NCBI GenBank assembly: GCA_049513715.1
Contig: JBEKVV010000001.1
Location: forward strand, 352,001-416,000
Source: Candidatus Bathyarchaeia archaeon
GTDB lineage: Archaea > Thermoproteota > Bathyarchaeia > 40CM-2-53-6
Reading direction: 5' to 3'
DNA length: 64,000 nucleotides
In this document: positions 28,841 to 38,136 of the stretch, one piece after another
Layout of the letters: every line of letters starts with the position of its first letter
How positions within the stretch are numbered: position 1 is the first letter of the stretch
The notes under the pieces: generated by a model
Seen by the model: the letters and a program-made list of their open reading frames with translations, nothing else
Databases searched by the model: none
Told to the model about the DNA's origin: nothing
Translations under genes and position numbers: made by a program

Positions 28841-28975
28841 ATGGATGAGTACATTTGCGGCGATTGCGGCGTGAAAGGCGAAGTACCGTTCCGAATTGAC
28901 AGCACTAGACCGTTTTACTGCAAATCATGCCTTGCGAAGCGTCGCCAGAAACGAGACGTAGCCTCGAAGCAGTGA
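28841..28975 (+). CDS. CxxC-x17-CxxC zinc-ribbon micro-protein
   Basis: MDEYICGDCGVKGEVPFRIDSTRPFYCKSCL; GGAGG RBS-like upstream. Confidence 0.75.
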   Translation: MDEYICGDCGVKGEVPFRIDSTRPFYCKSCLAKRRQKRDVASKQ

Positions 28976-29047
28976 GAATCCTGGACTTGTTCAAGTGCCC
29001 GCATTGCGAGGAACGGTGGCCGTCAAAGGCCTTCTTGAAAGTTCACC

Positions 29048-29260
29048 TTAGAACCAAGCATCCAAACCCTCCACCCGCCTGACAGAAAGTCCCGATGTCG
29101 GTACTTTCTCAGTGGGAGTTGTGGGTCTCACAACCTTTCCAGTTCCACCGCAATCGGCGCATTCCTCAAGATACCCGGTAGTTCCCACGATATGCCAATG
29201 CCCAAGAGCTCCTAGGCAAGATATGCAGGTTTCCAATTCTTTCTCAGTCAACCATACCAC
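29048..29260 (-). CDS. small DnaJ-type zinc-finger protein
   Basis: CISCLGALG…CADCGGTG. Confidence 0.5.
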   Translation of the reverse strand: MVWLTEKELETCISCLGALGHWHIVGTTGYLEECADCGGTGKVVRPTTPTEKVPTSGLSVRRVEGLDAWF

Positions 29261-29682
29261 CGAGTCGACCTTCGATCTCGTGGTGACTTAACCGAGGAAC
29301 CTGAGTGAAAATCAACGGTCAGAGATAGATGAAAGAAAAGAAGAACAACTGCGGACTATGCACGCTTATTAGTAGAGAGGAAAATGTTTGATTCCTACAC
29401 TAACCATGCATCCGCCCACAGCGCTCAGAGAAATCACGACCATCAAAGCTAGGCCCATTACGGTCGTTCCTCCGATCGAGCCGACATTAATCATGACGTT
29501 GTAGAGGTAATAGACCAGATCATGCATAAGAACGATCCGGAACGCTTCATCAACGACCGCTCCGTCGAATACCCTGTGTGTCTTGTGATGGTTGTTTCCT
29601 ACACGAATCACACATTTTCAATGAGGCTCTATTCTACACCTAGCACGGAAAAGAGACAAGAAAAAAGAGACGTAGAGACATT

Positions 29683-29712
29683 AGTACTAATGAGTACTAC
29701 TGAGTACTAATG
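29683..29712 (+). repeat. three tandem 10-bp units AGTACTA(A/C)TG
   Basis: agtactaatg agtactactg agtactaatg. Confidence 0.8.
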
Positions 29713-29869
29713 AAAAGGATGGGAAAAACTAATGGAAAAGATGGAACATGTTGTCGGCTAACAATTCGACCGCCTCATGTATCACATGAGCGGTTTCCTT
29801 GGCTTCTTGTAATACCTTCTTACCCGACATGATATGCGCCACGACTATTCAATGTGCGAGTCGCTTATT

Positions 29870-30310
29870 TTATGCTTTCTTCTGAGTCTTAATGGAGGCA
29901 GCATAAAAGGCAGCTCCGATTATAAAGAGTAAAACCCCTGCGACCAAGGTTTGAACCCGCAATTCAATGATTTGTTGACCGGGATAGGTCTGTCCAGTCG
30001 CGGCAAAATAGAAGGCTCGAATACTCCAAGTAATCAGAAAGCTTGCAATCAGACTGCCTATGACTGCTCCTAGCCCTCTAGTTTTCGTCAGCCCTTTTCG
30101 ACGGTCAAGTGTGATGAGCGAAGCCGCTACAAATACGCAGCTCAGAATCCAAGGGGTCTGTAATATGAGCACGGCCGTTATGATGGGCTCTCCATTTTGG
30201 AGGGCATAGGACACAACCCCCCCAGTCCGATATGAATCGGCAATCGTAACAATTATCGCAATGAGACCTAGGAATCCTATAATCACATCAAATAATGATT
30301 TCCCTTTCAA
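29870..30310 (-). CDS. four-helix membrane protein
   Basis: four hydrophobic segments. Confidence 0.7.
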   Translation of the reverse strand: MKGKSLFDVIIGFLGLIAIIVTIADSYRTGGVVSYALQNGEPIITAVLILQTPWILSCVFVAASLITLDRRKGLTKTRGLGAVIGSLIASFLITWSIRAFYFAATGQTYPGQQIIELRVQTLVAGVLLFIIGAAFYAASIKTQKKA

Positions 30311-30491
30311 CGGGCAATGCCCCGAAGCATGGATATGGGAGTTGAAGAATTACCTAAAACTGCTTCGAAAGGGCTATCCGACGGTTTTTTACAGCCCTAA
30401 CCATCCGACACCAACTTGAGACAGCCTACCTGAAAGCCCAAGAAAAGAGACGGTCAAAAAAAGAGGAAAGAAAAGACGGGAGGCTAAGTTT

Positions 30492-30851
30492 TCAGCGTTT
30501 GCTCTCAGCCTTCTCCCGGGCCTTGTACATTTCGTTGAGGAAGCGTAGGTTCTCGGCTCCCGCGGTGTCCGGTTTCTCGCCCTTCGCGTCCTTGAAAATT
30601 TCATCCATATTATTTAGGAGACGTAGCCATTTCTGGTCTTTCCGAACCAGCAGCGCGGCGTTTTCCTCTAAGACGGTTTTGATTCCCTCAAGGATCGCCA
30701 TGTCCAAACTAGGGAAGCGCCCATGATTCACCAAGTCACACATGGCCGAGTATGCTAATTCCGGTAGAAGAAAACCGTTCAAGAGCCAGTGATTGACGCC
30801 ATACCAGGCTACCGTGCTATAGTGGCTTCTCGGTTTAGATTTCTTGCTCAT
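30492..30851 (-). CDS. hypothetical protein (RHH-like core)
   Basis: ATG at 30851 overlaps the upstream stop; DLVNHGRFPSLDMAILEGI resembles RHH helices. Confidence 0.55.
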   Translation of the reverse strand: MSKKSKPRSHYSTVAWYGVNHWLLNGFLLPELAYSAMCDLVNHGRFPSLDMAILEGIKTVLEENAALLVRKDQKWLRLLNNMDEIFKDAKGEKPDTAGAENLRFLNEMYKAREKAESKR

Positions 30852-31147
30852 TCTGATTTCACCTCCGCGGGTTTCCGGTGGACCGCGAGATACGCGGCCA
30901 TCCAATGTTTACACGGCAAGCCGGTTACGCTGCCTCTGTGGGTCCAGTCGGGGCAATCGCATGACCGGCCTACTAGGTCCACTTGGTAGGTTTTCGCTGG
31001 GTTGCTTTGACTTCGCACTAGGAACATGCCTGGACCGTTTTCCTCTACGAGATCCACGAGGTTTACGGCTCGGTCTAGGCGGGTGCTTACGCGGAAGAAG
31101 TCGAGTAGTTCTTTCTCGGTTGTTTCGTTCAGAATGAAGCTAGCCAT
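30848..31147 (-). CDS. SWIM zinc-finger protein
   Basis: YQVDL…CDCPDW…PCKHWMAA. Confidence 0.88.
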   Translation of the reverse strand: MASFILNETTEKELLDFFRVSTRLDRAVNLVDLVEENGPGMFLVRSQSNPAKTYQVDLVGRSCDCPDWTHRGSVTGLPCKHWMAAYLAVHRKPAEVKSE

Positions 31148-31197
31148 AGTGTTTATCCCTGCACACTATAGGTATAAGCATAAACTATTTAACCGTT

Positions 31198-31443
31198 GTG
31201 TATGAATACACAGTACAGATGCCTATGCGATACAAGAACGGAGAAAGACCCAAACACATCACAGAGTGCCTACGCAAGTCTGCCCCTAGAGACCTATCCA
31301 TCGAGGAAATCTCCAAAGAAACCGGCATTCATAGAAACACCGTCTCGAAGTATGTCTACAGTCTGGAGAAAGAGGGCAAGATCGTTTTGACCCGCCAAGT
31401 TGGAGGCGCGAAGTTCTACACGGTCAAAGAGGGTAAGGGTTAG
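31198..31443 (+). CDS. winged-helix regulator
   Basis: SIEEISKETGIHRNTVSKYVYSLEKEGKI. Confidence 0.85.
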   Translation: MYEYTVQMPMRYKNGERPKHITECLRKSAPRDLSIEEISKETGIHRNTVSKYVYSLEKEGKIVLTRQVGGAKFYTVKEGKG

Positions 31444-31446
31444 GGT

Positions 31447-31617
31447 TTGGAGTCCATCTTGGCCTTCAAGTTAAGCGGCGAATGGATCGACGGCGCCAAG
31501 AAACGAATCGAGATCGCCCACCAAACCCGCCTCAGCAACCCACGCCTAAGCGTCGACATTCTCCTGGAAGTGGTGGGTGAGTTGCTTAAGCGGTTGCCCA
31601 CTGAGACCGAGACCTGA
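31447..31617 (+). CDS. 56-aa hypothetical protein
   Basis: TTG start 3 nt after the wHTH stop; fills the gap to the integrase. Confidence 0.45.
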   Translation: MESILAFKLSGEWIDGAKKRIEIAHQTRLSNPRLSVDILLEVVGELLKRLPTETET

Positions 31618-31623
31618 ATTTCT

Positions 31624-32715
31624 CTAGGCCTTCTTGTCTTTCGGTGTCTCTTTCCGTTCGCTTGGCACAAACGGGTGTCCCTTTTCGTCGCTCACTATGA
31701 AGCCTGAGGTGGCTTGGAGCATTCGAACCGCTAAGCGCAACTGCGCAACTTCCTCTTTGAGGGTTTTGACTTCTTCGCCGCTTGCCATTGCGGGACCGTA
31801 GACTTGCCGGAGTTCGCCCCACATCCAGGGTTCATCGTTGTAGCATTGAATGTACCCTTTCTGATCCAAGATATGGCCCAGCGCGAACTCTGAGGCCTCA
31901 AACGAAATCTTCTGCAAAGTGCATCTGGTCCTGAAACAGTCTCGTAGGTCATGCAACGTGACTCGTGCTTTAGGTGGAGGAATCGGCGCCCTTTTCAGAG
32001 CTGTGTTGAAACTTGATTCCAAGTAAACAACGGCTACATTGTACCTCTCGTGGTCTAGGGGTAAGCCTTTGATTGTGCTGATTGGCAGCGTGATTTCGGA
32101 GGCGAAGATTTCCCTTAGAACCGCCGTTGGAATCAATGAGTAGAAGGGCTGATCGTTGTTCTTTCTGCCTGCGAAGTCGAAACGGTAGTATTCAGCCGTG
32201 GGATTTCTGGCTAAGTAGTCCTTGACCTGCTTCCATGTTTCCGCCTTGTTGAACTCCAAGAACTCCGAGCATCCCCAGGCGCTGTGAAGCATCAACTCGA
32301 AAACTAAATTGTACGGTTTTCCAGCCGCGTTAGCGACCGCTTGCGCTTCCTCCCAACTCAGAAACCCCTTCCTATGCGCGGCTCTCTCCTCTCTACTCTT
32401 CTGATGGCTTAGGCGATCTTGGGGAGGATAGAATCCGTTCGCTCGTAGGAAATTCCTAAACGCTAACAGCGCCTTATGTCGACCGGCTGCCGTCATGCCG
32501 TTCGTGTTCTTGGCGTCGGTCCAAACTTGGTTAATGTCCGCTTTCGCTTTCAGAAGAACTTGTTCCGGTGTGAGATCCATGCCTTTCAGCAATCGACGCA
32601 AATACGCGCGATAGTATTTCGCGCCATGTTCGCCGAGTTCTCCCGCTTGCAGTTTGTTCTGAATCCAGGTCTCAATCAGGTCGCTCAATTTGTTCTCCGT
32701 ATTCCAAATAGGCAT
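31624..32715 (-). CDS. tyrosine recombinase/integrase (first catalytic Arg replaced)
   Basis: HDLR, SEFALGH, downstream Tyr; box I reads MLHSAWGCSEF. Confidence 0.88.
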   Translation of the reverse strand: MPIWNTENKLSDLIETWIQNKLQAGELGEHGAKYYRAYLRRLLKGMDLTPEQVLLKAKADINQVWTDAKNTNGMTAAGRHKALLAFRNFLRANGFYPPQDRLSHQKSREERAAHRKGFLSWEEAQAVANAAGKPYNLVFELMLHSAWGCSEFLEFNKAETWKQVKDYLARNPTAEYYRFDFAGRKNNDQPFYSLIPTAVLREIFASEITLPISTIKGLPLDHERYNVAVVYLESSFNTALKRAPIPPPKARVTLHDLRDCFRTRCTLQKISFEASEFALGHILDQKGYIQCYNDEPWMWGELRQVYGPAMASGEEVKTLKEEVAQLRLAVRMLQATSGFIVSDEKGHPFVPSERKETPKDKKA

Positions 32716-32739
32716 GTAGTTACATATGAACGTGCTGTT

Positions 32740-32751
32740 TTCCTAGGAGAA
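32740..32751 (+). repeat. putative attR core TTCCTAGGAGAA
   Basis: identical to 22478-22489; 25 nt upstream of the integrase start. Confidence 0.7.
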
Positions 32752-32810
32752 TACTTTCTTGTCTCAAATTTATATTATAGGAATATTGCATTTGCAGTAC
32801 AAATCTCTCA

Positions 32811-34016
32811 GTGAAGCGCGAAATGAGCAAACCTCGAAGCCAATCAGAAGGCGCCGCGGCGTTGACCCACAGGCCAAGGTCGTTCCTGTTCACATCTGAA
32901 AGCGTTACCGAAGGCCATCCGGACAAAGTGGCCGATCAGATTTCGGATGCCATCCTAGACGCCATTCTCGAAAAGGACCCGACGGCCAGGGTCGATATTG
33001 AAACGCTGATAATGAAAGGAACCGTCGTAGTCACCGGGCAAATATCAACCAAAACCTACGTAAACATGCCAGAGGTCGTCCGCAGTGTTCTACGAGACAT
33101 CGGGTTTGATGATGCGAAAGTAGGCCTCGACTGGGAAGCATGCGGTGTTCTCGTTTCCGTTGAGGAACAGTCGCCTGACATTGCAATGGGTATCGATAAG
33201 GAAGACATGGGGGCGGGCGATCAAGGCATGATGTTCGGCCATGCAACGAATGAAACCCCCCAACTAATGCCCTTGCCCATCGTGCTTGCCCACGGCCTCG
33301 TGAGGAGGTTAGCTGAGGTAAGGAAACAAAAGATTCTCCCTTACCTGCGCCCAGACGGGAAATCGCAGGTAACCGTGGAGTACGAGAACGACAAGCCGAA
33401 ACGAGTAGATGCTGTAGTGATCGCTGCTCAACACGACGAGAGCGTGTCCCGAGAACAACTGAAGAAAGACATTATCGACAAAGTCGTCAAAGAAGTTGTC
33501 CCGAAGAACATGCTCGACGACAAAACGAAATTCTTCGTCAACGAAACTGGAAGGTTCACGATAGGCGGCACTTTGGCTGACACGGGTCTGACGGGGCGAA
33601 AGATAATTGTTGATACGTATGGCGGAATTGGCAGCCATGGCGGCGGATGCTATTCCGGAAAGGACCCAACCAAAGTCGATCGGTCCGGAAGCTACATGGC
33701 ACGCTACATTGCAAAGAACATAGTTGCCGCAGGCCTAGCGGACAAATGCGACGTACAAGTAGCCTACGCCATAGGGGTCTCCAAACCCGTCTCAGTCATG
33801 GTAGATACGTACGGGACCGGAAAGGTGCCTGACGAAAGAATCACGGAGGCAGTAAAGAAAGTGTTCGACATGAGGCCAAAAGCAATTATCGAACAACTCA
33901 AACTGCGCAGGCCAATCTACAGGAAGACGGCCGTGTATGGACACTTTGGGCGGAACGATCCTGACTTTCTGTGGGAACGCACCGACAAGGCTGAAGAGTT
34001 AAGGAAGAACATCTAG
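32811..34016 (+). CDS. metK: S-adenosylmethionine synthetase, bacterial/eukaryotic type
   Basis: [40 protein letters not shown]. Confidence 0.97.
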   Translation: MKREMSKPRSQSEGAAALTHRPRSFLFTSESVTEGHPDKVADQISDAILDAILEKDPTARVDIETLIMKGTVVVTGQISTKTYVNMPEVVRSVLRDIGFDDAKVGLDWEACGVLVSVEEQSPDIAMGIDKEDMGAGDQGMMFGHATNETPQLMPLPIVLAHGLVRRLAEVRKQKILPYLRPDGKSQVTVEYENDKPKRVDAVVIAAQHDESVSREQLKKDIIDKVVKEVVPKNMLDDKTKFFVNETGRFTIGGTLADTGLTGRKIIVDTYGGIGSHGGGCYSGKDPTKVDRSGSYMARYIAKNIVAAGLADKCDVQVAYAIGVSKPVSVMVDTYGTGKVPDERITEAVKKVFDMRPKAIIEQLKLRRPIYRKTAVYGHFGRNDPDFLWERTDKAEELRKNI

Positions 34017-34154
34017 ACTTTCGCCTTTGGGAGCCTCGGGGCGAGTACGTTTTGGTGCTCGCAGGATGAATGGCGGAGTCCCCTACTCCACCGTCATATT
34101 GAATTAGGGCCAGTTTGTTGTTCGCCTCTCTAACAGCAATGCGAGGCGTGAAAA

Positions 34155-35228
34155 ATGCCTGACTCAAAGTCCGCTCGGGCGAACGCTGAGGCAGTGGGAA
34201 GGGTACTGGCCATTGTAATCGTCGTCTTCTCAGCAGTCAGCTACATTGTCTCATTGGCAATAGGACCTGTCCTATTCTTTTCTACATCAGACGGTTTACA
34301 GGCAGCGGCACGTGCGATTCATGAGATTCCAGTCATTTTCTTCATGGCTTTGCCTATCGCGATCCCAGTAAGAGCCAACTTTGGTGTCCTGTTCATCGGA
34401 ATTTGGGTTGCCTTCCTCATCTGCATCGCTCTAGCATGGTTCAGTCGAGGTGGCTTTCTCAAAACGGTCAAAGGTGAGATTACGAAATCTGTCCCATTCG
34501 CGAGAACCAACTTTCTCTTCGTTATGCCGTTAGTCGGATCAGCGCTTCTGTACGCCACTATTCTGATAAGTCAATTCCAAGAGACGCAGGGAGTTCAGAC
34601 TGGCAGTTTGAATTTTCCACCCCAAACCAGTCCGTACGTGATTTTAGTGAACCTCGCCTTCGCTCCTCTACAAGAGGAATTCGCGTTCCGAATCACTTCA
34701 ATCGGTATCCCTCTTGGAGTTTACTTGCTCTATCGCTACCGTTCTGACCAGCGTGTTTCCAAAGCTCTGCCTCGATTGAAGTTGCTTATCCTCGCCATGT
34801 TCAGCCCCGAGCTTGCCAAGATGAGGTTGGGATATCGGAACGTTCACGAGAACGGATTCATTCAAGGAATAAGCCCGCTGGAATGGATACTGATTCTCAT
34901 CACATCATTCGTCTTCGGGGCCGCCCACTACTTGCTGGGCGGCGGGTGGGACGTGGGAAAGGTATCTACCGCGTTCTTGGCAGGTTTGGTCTTCGCAGTA
35001 ATGTATGTGGCCTACGGTGCCTATGCCGACATCCTGCTTCATTGGTTCTTCAACTACTTCTTCACAGTCTTGGACATGGCAAGCTCTACCTACGGCGGAG
35101 TATTCCGCGCATTCGCAACCATAACCGAACTCGTCAACCTAACAGCCGGCCCAGTCATCCTTGTAGCCTTTCTGCTTCTGTCAGCTTGGAGATTAGGACG
35201 ATACCTCACCTTCAGGGCAACAGGATAG
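34155..35228 (+). CDS. CPBP (CAAX/Abi) intramembrane metalloprotease
   Basis: EEFAFR, FGAAH, HWFFN; multiple TM helices. Confidence 0.85.
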   Translation: MPDSKSARANAEAVGRVLAIVIVVFSAVSYIVSLAIGPVLFFSTSDGLQAAARAIHEIPVIFFMALPIAIPVRANFGVLFIGIWVAFLICIALAWFSRGGFLKTVKGEITKSVPFARTNFLFVMPLVGSALLYATILISQFQETQGVQTGSLNFPPQTSPYVILVNLAFAPLQEEFAFRITSIGIPLGVYLLYRYRSDQRVSKALPRLKLLILAMFSPELAKMRLGYRNVHENGFIQGISPLEWILILITSFVFGAAHYLLGGGWDVGKVSTAFLAGLVFAVMYVAYGAYADILLHWFFNYFFTVLDMASSTYGGVFRAFATITELVNLTAGPVILVAFLLLSAWRLGRYLTFRATG

Positions 35229-35326
35229 CAACACGTCCAAGCGATTAGACATTTCGACAATTTTATACGCCAAGATTGCTTCTCAGTAGAACTGGTGCTT
35301 AGGGGCTTGTATCACCGCCAAGTTCA

Positions 35327-37756
35327 GTGACACCCAAAGACTCTAGTTCTCAAAGGAAAGACACGCAGAATAAGCCCACAACGGTGACAACTAGTTTGAG
35401 CCTAGGCAAAACTGAAACCGTGAAGAAATATCTTCCAAAGATACCTGAAAAGCGGTGGGACCATACCCTAGAGCAGAAGATTTTCGACACCTGGCAGTCG
35501 GAACGCATCTATGAACTCAGGCTCCAAAAAGGTAAGAGGCCTTTCGTGATCGACACACCACCACCATATCCTTCAGGCACATGGCACATCGGCGCGGTGG
35601 CAGAATACTCGCAAATAGACATGATCGCCAGAACTGGCCGCATGCTCGGATACCCAGTCCTATTTCCAATCGGCATCGATAGAAACGGGCTCCCCGTTGA
35701 AATCTACACGGAGAACCTGTACAAGGTCAAAATGCGTGACGTCTCCCGAGAGAAGTTCATCGAGCTCTGCGGCACCGCGCTCGATGACTTGGAGAGCAAA
35801 ATGGTTGCCACCATGAAACGCCTAGGCCTTAGTTGCGATTATGCCGCAAAGTACAGGACGGACCAAGAAGAATTCCGGCGACTGACCCAGAGCACATTCA
35901 TCGAACTTTGGAAGAAGGGTTTGATTTACGAGGCAACTAGGCCGAACAACTACTGCCACGAGTGCGGTACTACAATAGCGGACGCTGAAGTGCAATACGA
36001 AGAGCTGCCCACGCGGCTAGTGTATGTGAAGTTCAAGGTGCAAGAAACTAGCGAGCCCCTAATCATAGCGACCACGCGGCCGGAACTTATCTGTGCCTGC
36101 CAACGTGTGATTGTAAACCCGTCCGATGAGAGGTATACAGGGCTGCATGGCAAACACGCGACGCTGCCGATCTACAACCGAACCGTCGAGATAACCCCGC
36201 ACCAGAGCGCCAAGCCTGAGTTTGGAACGGGCGCAGTGATGATTTGCAGTTACGGAGACTACACGGACGTTCTCCTATTCAGAGAACTGGGGCTGGAGGA
36301 GATCATCGCTGCAGGCACGGGTGGACGCCTTACTGAGGCCGGAGGCCCTTACCAAGGCCTTAGGATAAGTGAAGCGAGAACCAAGATCGTCCAGGACCTT
36401 GGATCTCAAGGCCTCATCGTGAAAACTGAGAATATCAACCACCGAACACCCGTCTGTTCACGGAGCCAGACACCGATCGAAATCGTACCGATGAAGGAAT
36501 ACTACCTCAAACAACTAGACTTCCTTCCCAAACTCAAACAACTCGCCCAGAAAATGCGATTCCACCCCGACGCCAACAGACAGATTCTGTTGGATTGGCA
36601 AAACTCGATCGCCATCGACTGGCCAATTTCGCGCCGCCGCGTGTACGCCACCGAAATCCCCGTCTGGTACTGCAAGGAATGCGGCCAACCGTGCCTACCG
36701 CCACCTGGCCCTTACTACAAACCCTGGAGAGATCCGCCCCCGGCCAAGGAATGCGGCAACTGTGGGTCGAAGGATTTCGAGGGGGACACAAGAACTTTCG
36801 ATACTTGGATGGATTCAAGCATCTCATCCCTCTTTATTACCAAGTACAACCGTGACGAGAAATTCTTCAAACGCGCTTACCCCACAACAATTAGGCCTCA
36901 GGGCAAGGACATTGTTCGTACGTGGCTTCACTATTCCATCTTAAGATGCTACCAGCTAACCGGCAAATCCCCCTTCGAGCACGCATGGATCGGAGGATTG
37001 GGTATGGATGAGCAGGGTCAGGCGATGCACAAGAGCAAGGGAAATGTCATTGACCCCGGGCCCGCGTTGGAAAAGTTTGGATCTGACGCTTTCAGATTCT
37101 GGAACGCTTCGGAGGCCACGCACGGCTCAGACTTCCGAATCTCAGAGGCAAGAATTCAGGGCGCCCACAAGTTTCTGACGAAACTCTGGAACCTCTCCAG
37201 GTTCATCTCATACTTCCCGCAAGTGAAAACCGCCAAGCCCACTGCGAGCGACCAATGGGTCCTAGCCGAACTCGCCAAACTAATCGAGAGCAGTTTGAAG
37301 GGTTATCGAGACTTCAATTTCTTCACGCCCGCAAGCGAGATACGGGATTTCGTGTGGGAGACCTTCGCATCCCACTATGTTGAAATGGCAAAAGCGAGGG
37401 CTTATGGCGAAGGTTGCTCCAAAGCAGAGCAACGAGCAGCTTGGTACACGCTCCACACAGTGCTCAAGAATCTACTATTACTCTTGGCGCCAATAACACC
37501 CTTCATGGTAGACCACATCTGGCGCCAACTTTACTCGAAGAAGAGCGTGCACGTGCAGAAGTTTCCAGAGGCAAAATGGCCCAAGGCATTAGGGCGTAAT
37601 ACGGAGAAAATACTAACTTTCAACCGAGAAGTGTGGAAAACAAAGAAGGACAGGAACCTAACTCTTCGTGATCCCGTGGAGATGCAAGTTCCAAAAGCGC
37701 TGGCCCCGTTCAGAGAAGACCTGATCAAAATGCATTCGCTAACCACAGGATCCTAG
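35327..37756 (+). CDS. valS: valyl-tRNA synthetase
   Basis: DTPPPYPSG.WHIG, ATTRPE, DTWMDSS, MHKSKGN; start may be ~70 nt downstream. Confidence 0.95.
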   Translation: MTPKDSSSQRKDTQNKPTTVTTSLSLGKTETVKKYLPKIPEKRWDHTLEQKIFDTWQSERIYELRLQKGKRPFVIDTPPPYPSGTWHIGAVAEYSQIDMIARTGRMLGYPVLFPIGIDRNGLPVEIYTENLYKVKMRDVSREKFIELCGTALDDLESKMVATMKRLGLSCDYAAKYRTDQEEFRRLTQSTFIELWKKGLIYEATRPNNYCHECGTTIADAEVQYEELPTRLVYVKFKVQETSEPLIIATTRPELICACQRVIVNPSDERYTGLHGKHATLPIYNRTVEITPHQSAKPEFGTGAVMICSYGDYTDVLLFRELGLEEIIAAGTGGRLTEAGGPYQGLRISEARTKIVQDLGSQGLIVKTENINHRTPVCSRSQTPIEIVPMKEYYLKQLDFLPKLKQLAQKMRFHPDANRQILLDWQNSIAIDWPISRRRVYATEIPVWYCKECGQPCLPPPGPYYKPWRDPPPAKECGNCGSKDFEGDTRTFDTWMDSSISSLFITKYNRDEKFFKRAYPTTIRPQGKDIVRTWLHYSILRCYQLTGKSPFEHAWIGGLGMDEQGQAMHKSKGNVIDPGPALEKFGSDAFRFWNASEATHGSDFRISEARIQGAHKFLTKLWNLSRFISYFPQVKTAKPTASDQWVLAELAKLIESSLKGYRDFNFFTPASEIRDFVWETFASHYVEMAKARAYGEGCSKAEQRAAWYTLHTVLKNLLLLLAPITPFMVDHIWRQLYSKKSVHVQKFPEAKWPKALGRNTEKILTFNREVWKTKKDRNLTLRDPVEMQVPKALAPFREDLIKMHSLTTGS

Positions 37757-37808
37757 TCGGATTGCAACAGTTTAATACCACAAGTGCATTTCTAGCGTTG
37801 CGATTCCG

Positions 37809-38096
37809 ATGAAGATATCCGAACTAAAGCCCGGAATGAAGAAGGTAGACATTACCGCGAAGGTTCTATCAATTGCTGACGCCCGCGAAGTCACGACCCG
37901 AGCTGGGGAACAATCGAGGGTGGCAGAAGCTGTTGTAACGGATGATTCTGGCACAGTTAAGTTGACTCTCTGGAACGAGCAGATAGAACAGGTGAAGGCC
38001 GACAACACCGTCACCGTCGAGAACGGTTACGTAACCAGTTTTCGGGGCGAAACCCAGCTTAACGTGGGCCGCTACGGCAAGCTCACCGTTCAGTAA
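37809..38096 (+). CDS. ssb: single-OB-fold ssDNA-binding protein
   Basis: DDSGTVKLTLW, ENGYVTSFRG..QLNVG. Confidence 0.9.
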   Translation: MKISELKPGMKKVDITAKVLSIADAREVTTRAGEQSRVAEAVVTDDSGTVKLTLWNEQIEQVKADNTVTVENGYVTSFRGETQLNVGRYGKLTVQ

Positions 38097-38136
38097 GTAG
38101 GCACCGCATCTTCGGTGTCGCCGCTAGTGGCGAAAC

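Larger units (their letters stand above)
22478..32751. mobile_element. integrated element 1 (~10.3 kb; satellite/plasmid-like, Cdc6 replicon)
   Basis: 12-bp direct repeat at both ends, terminal tyrosine recombinase, non-housekeeping cargo between two housekeeping genes. Confidence 0.85.

Noticed and set aside
29683..29745. CRISPR array
   Set aside because: Repeats are only 10-16 bp with no spacers, and there are no cas genes.
22478..32751. Complete provirus
   Set aside because: No recognisable capsid, portal, large terminase or packaging ATPase by eye, although remote homologs cannot be excluded.
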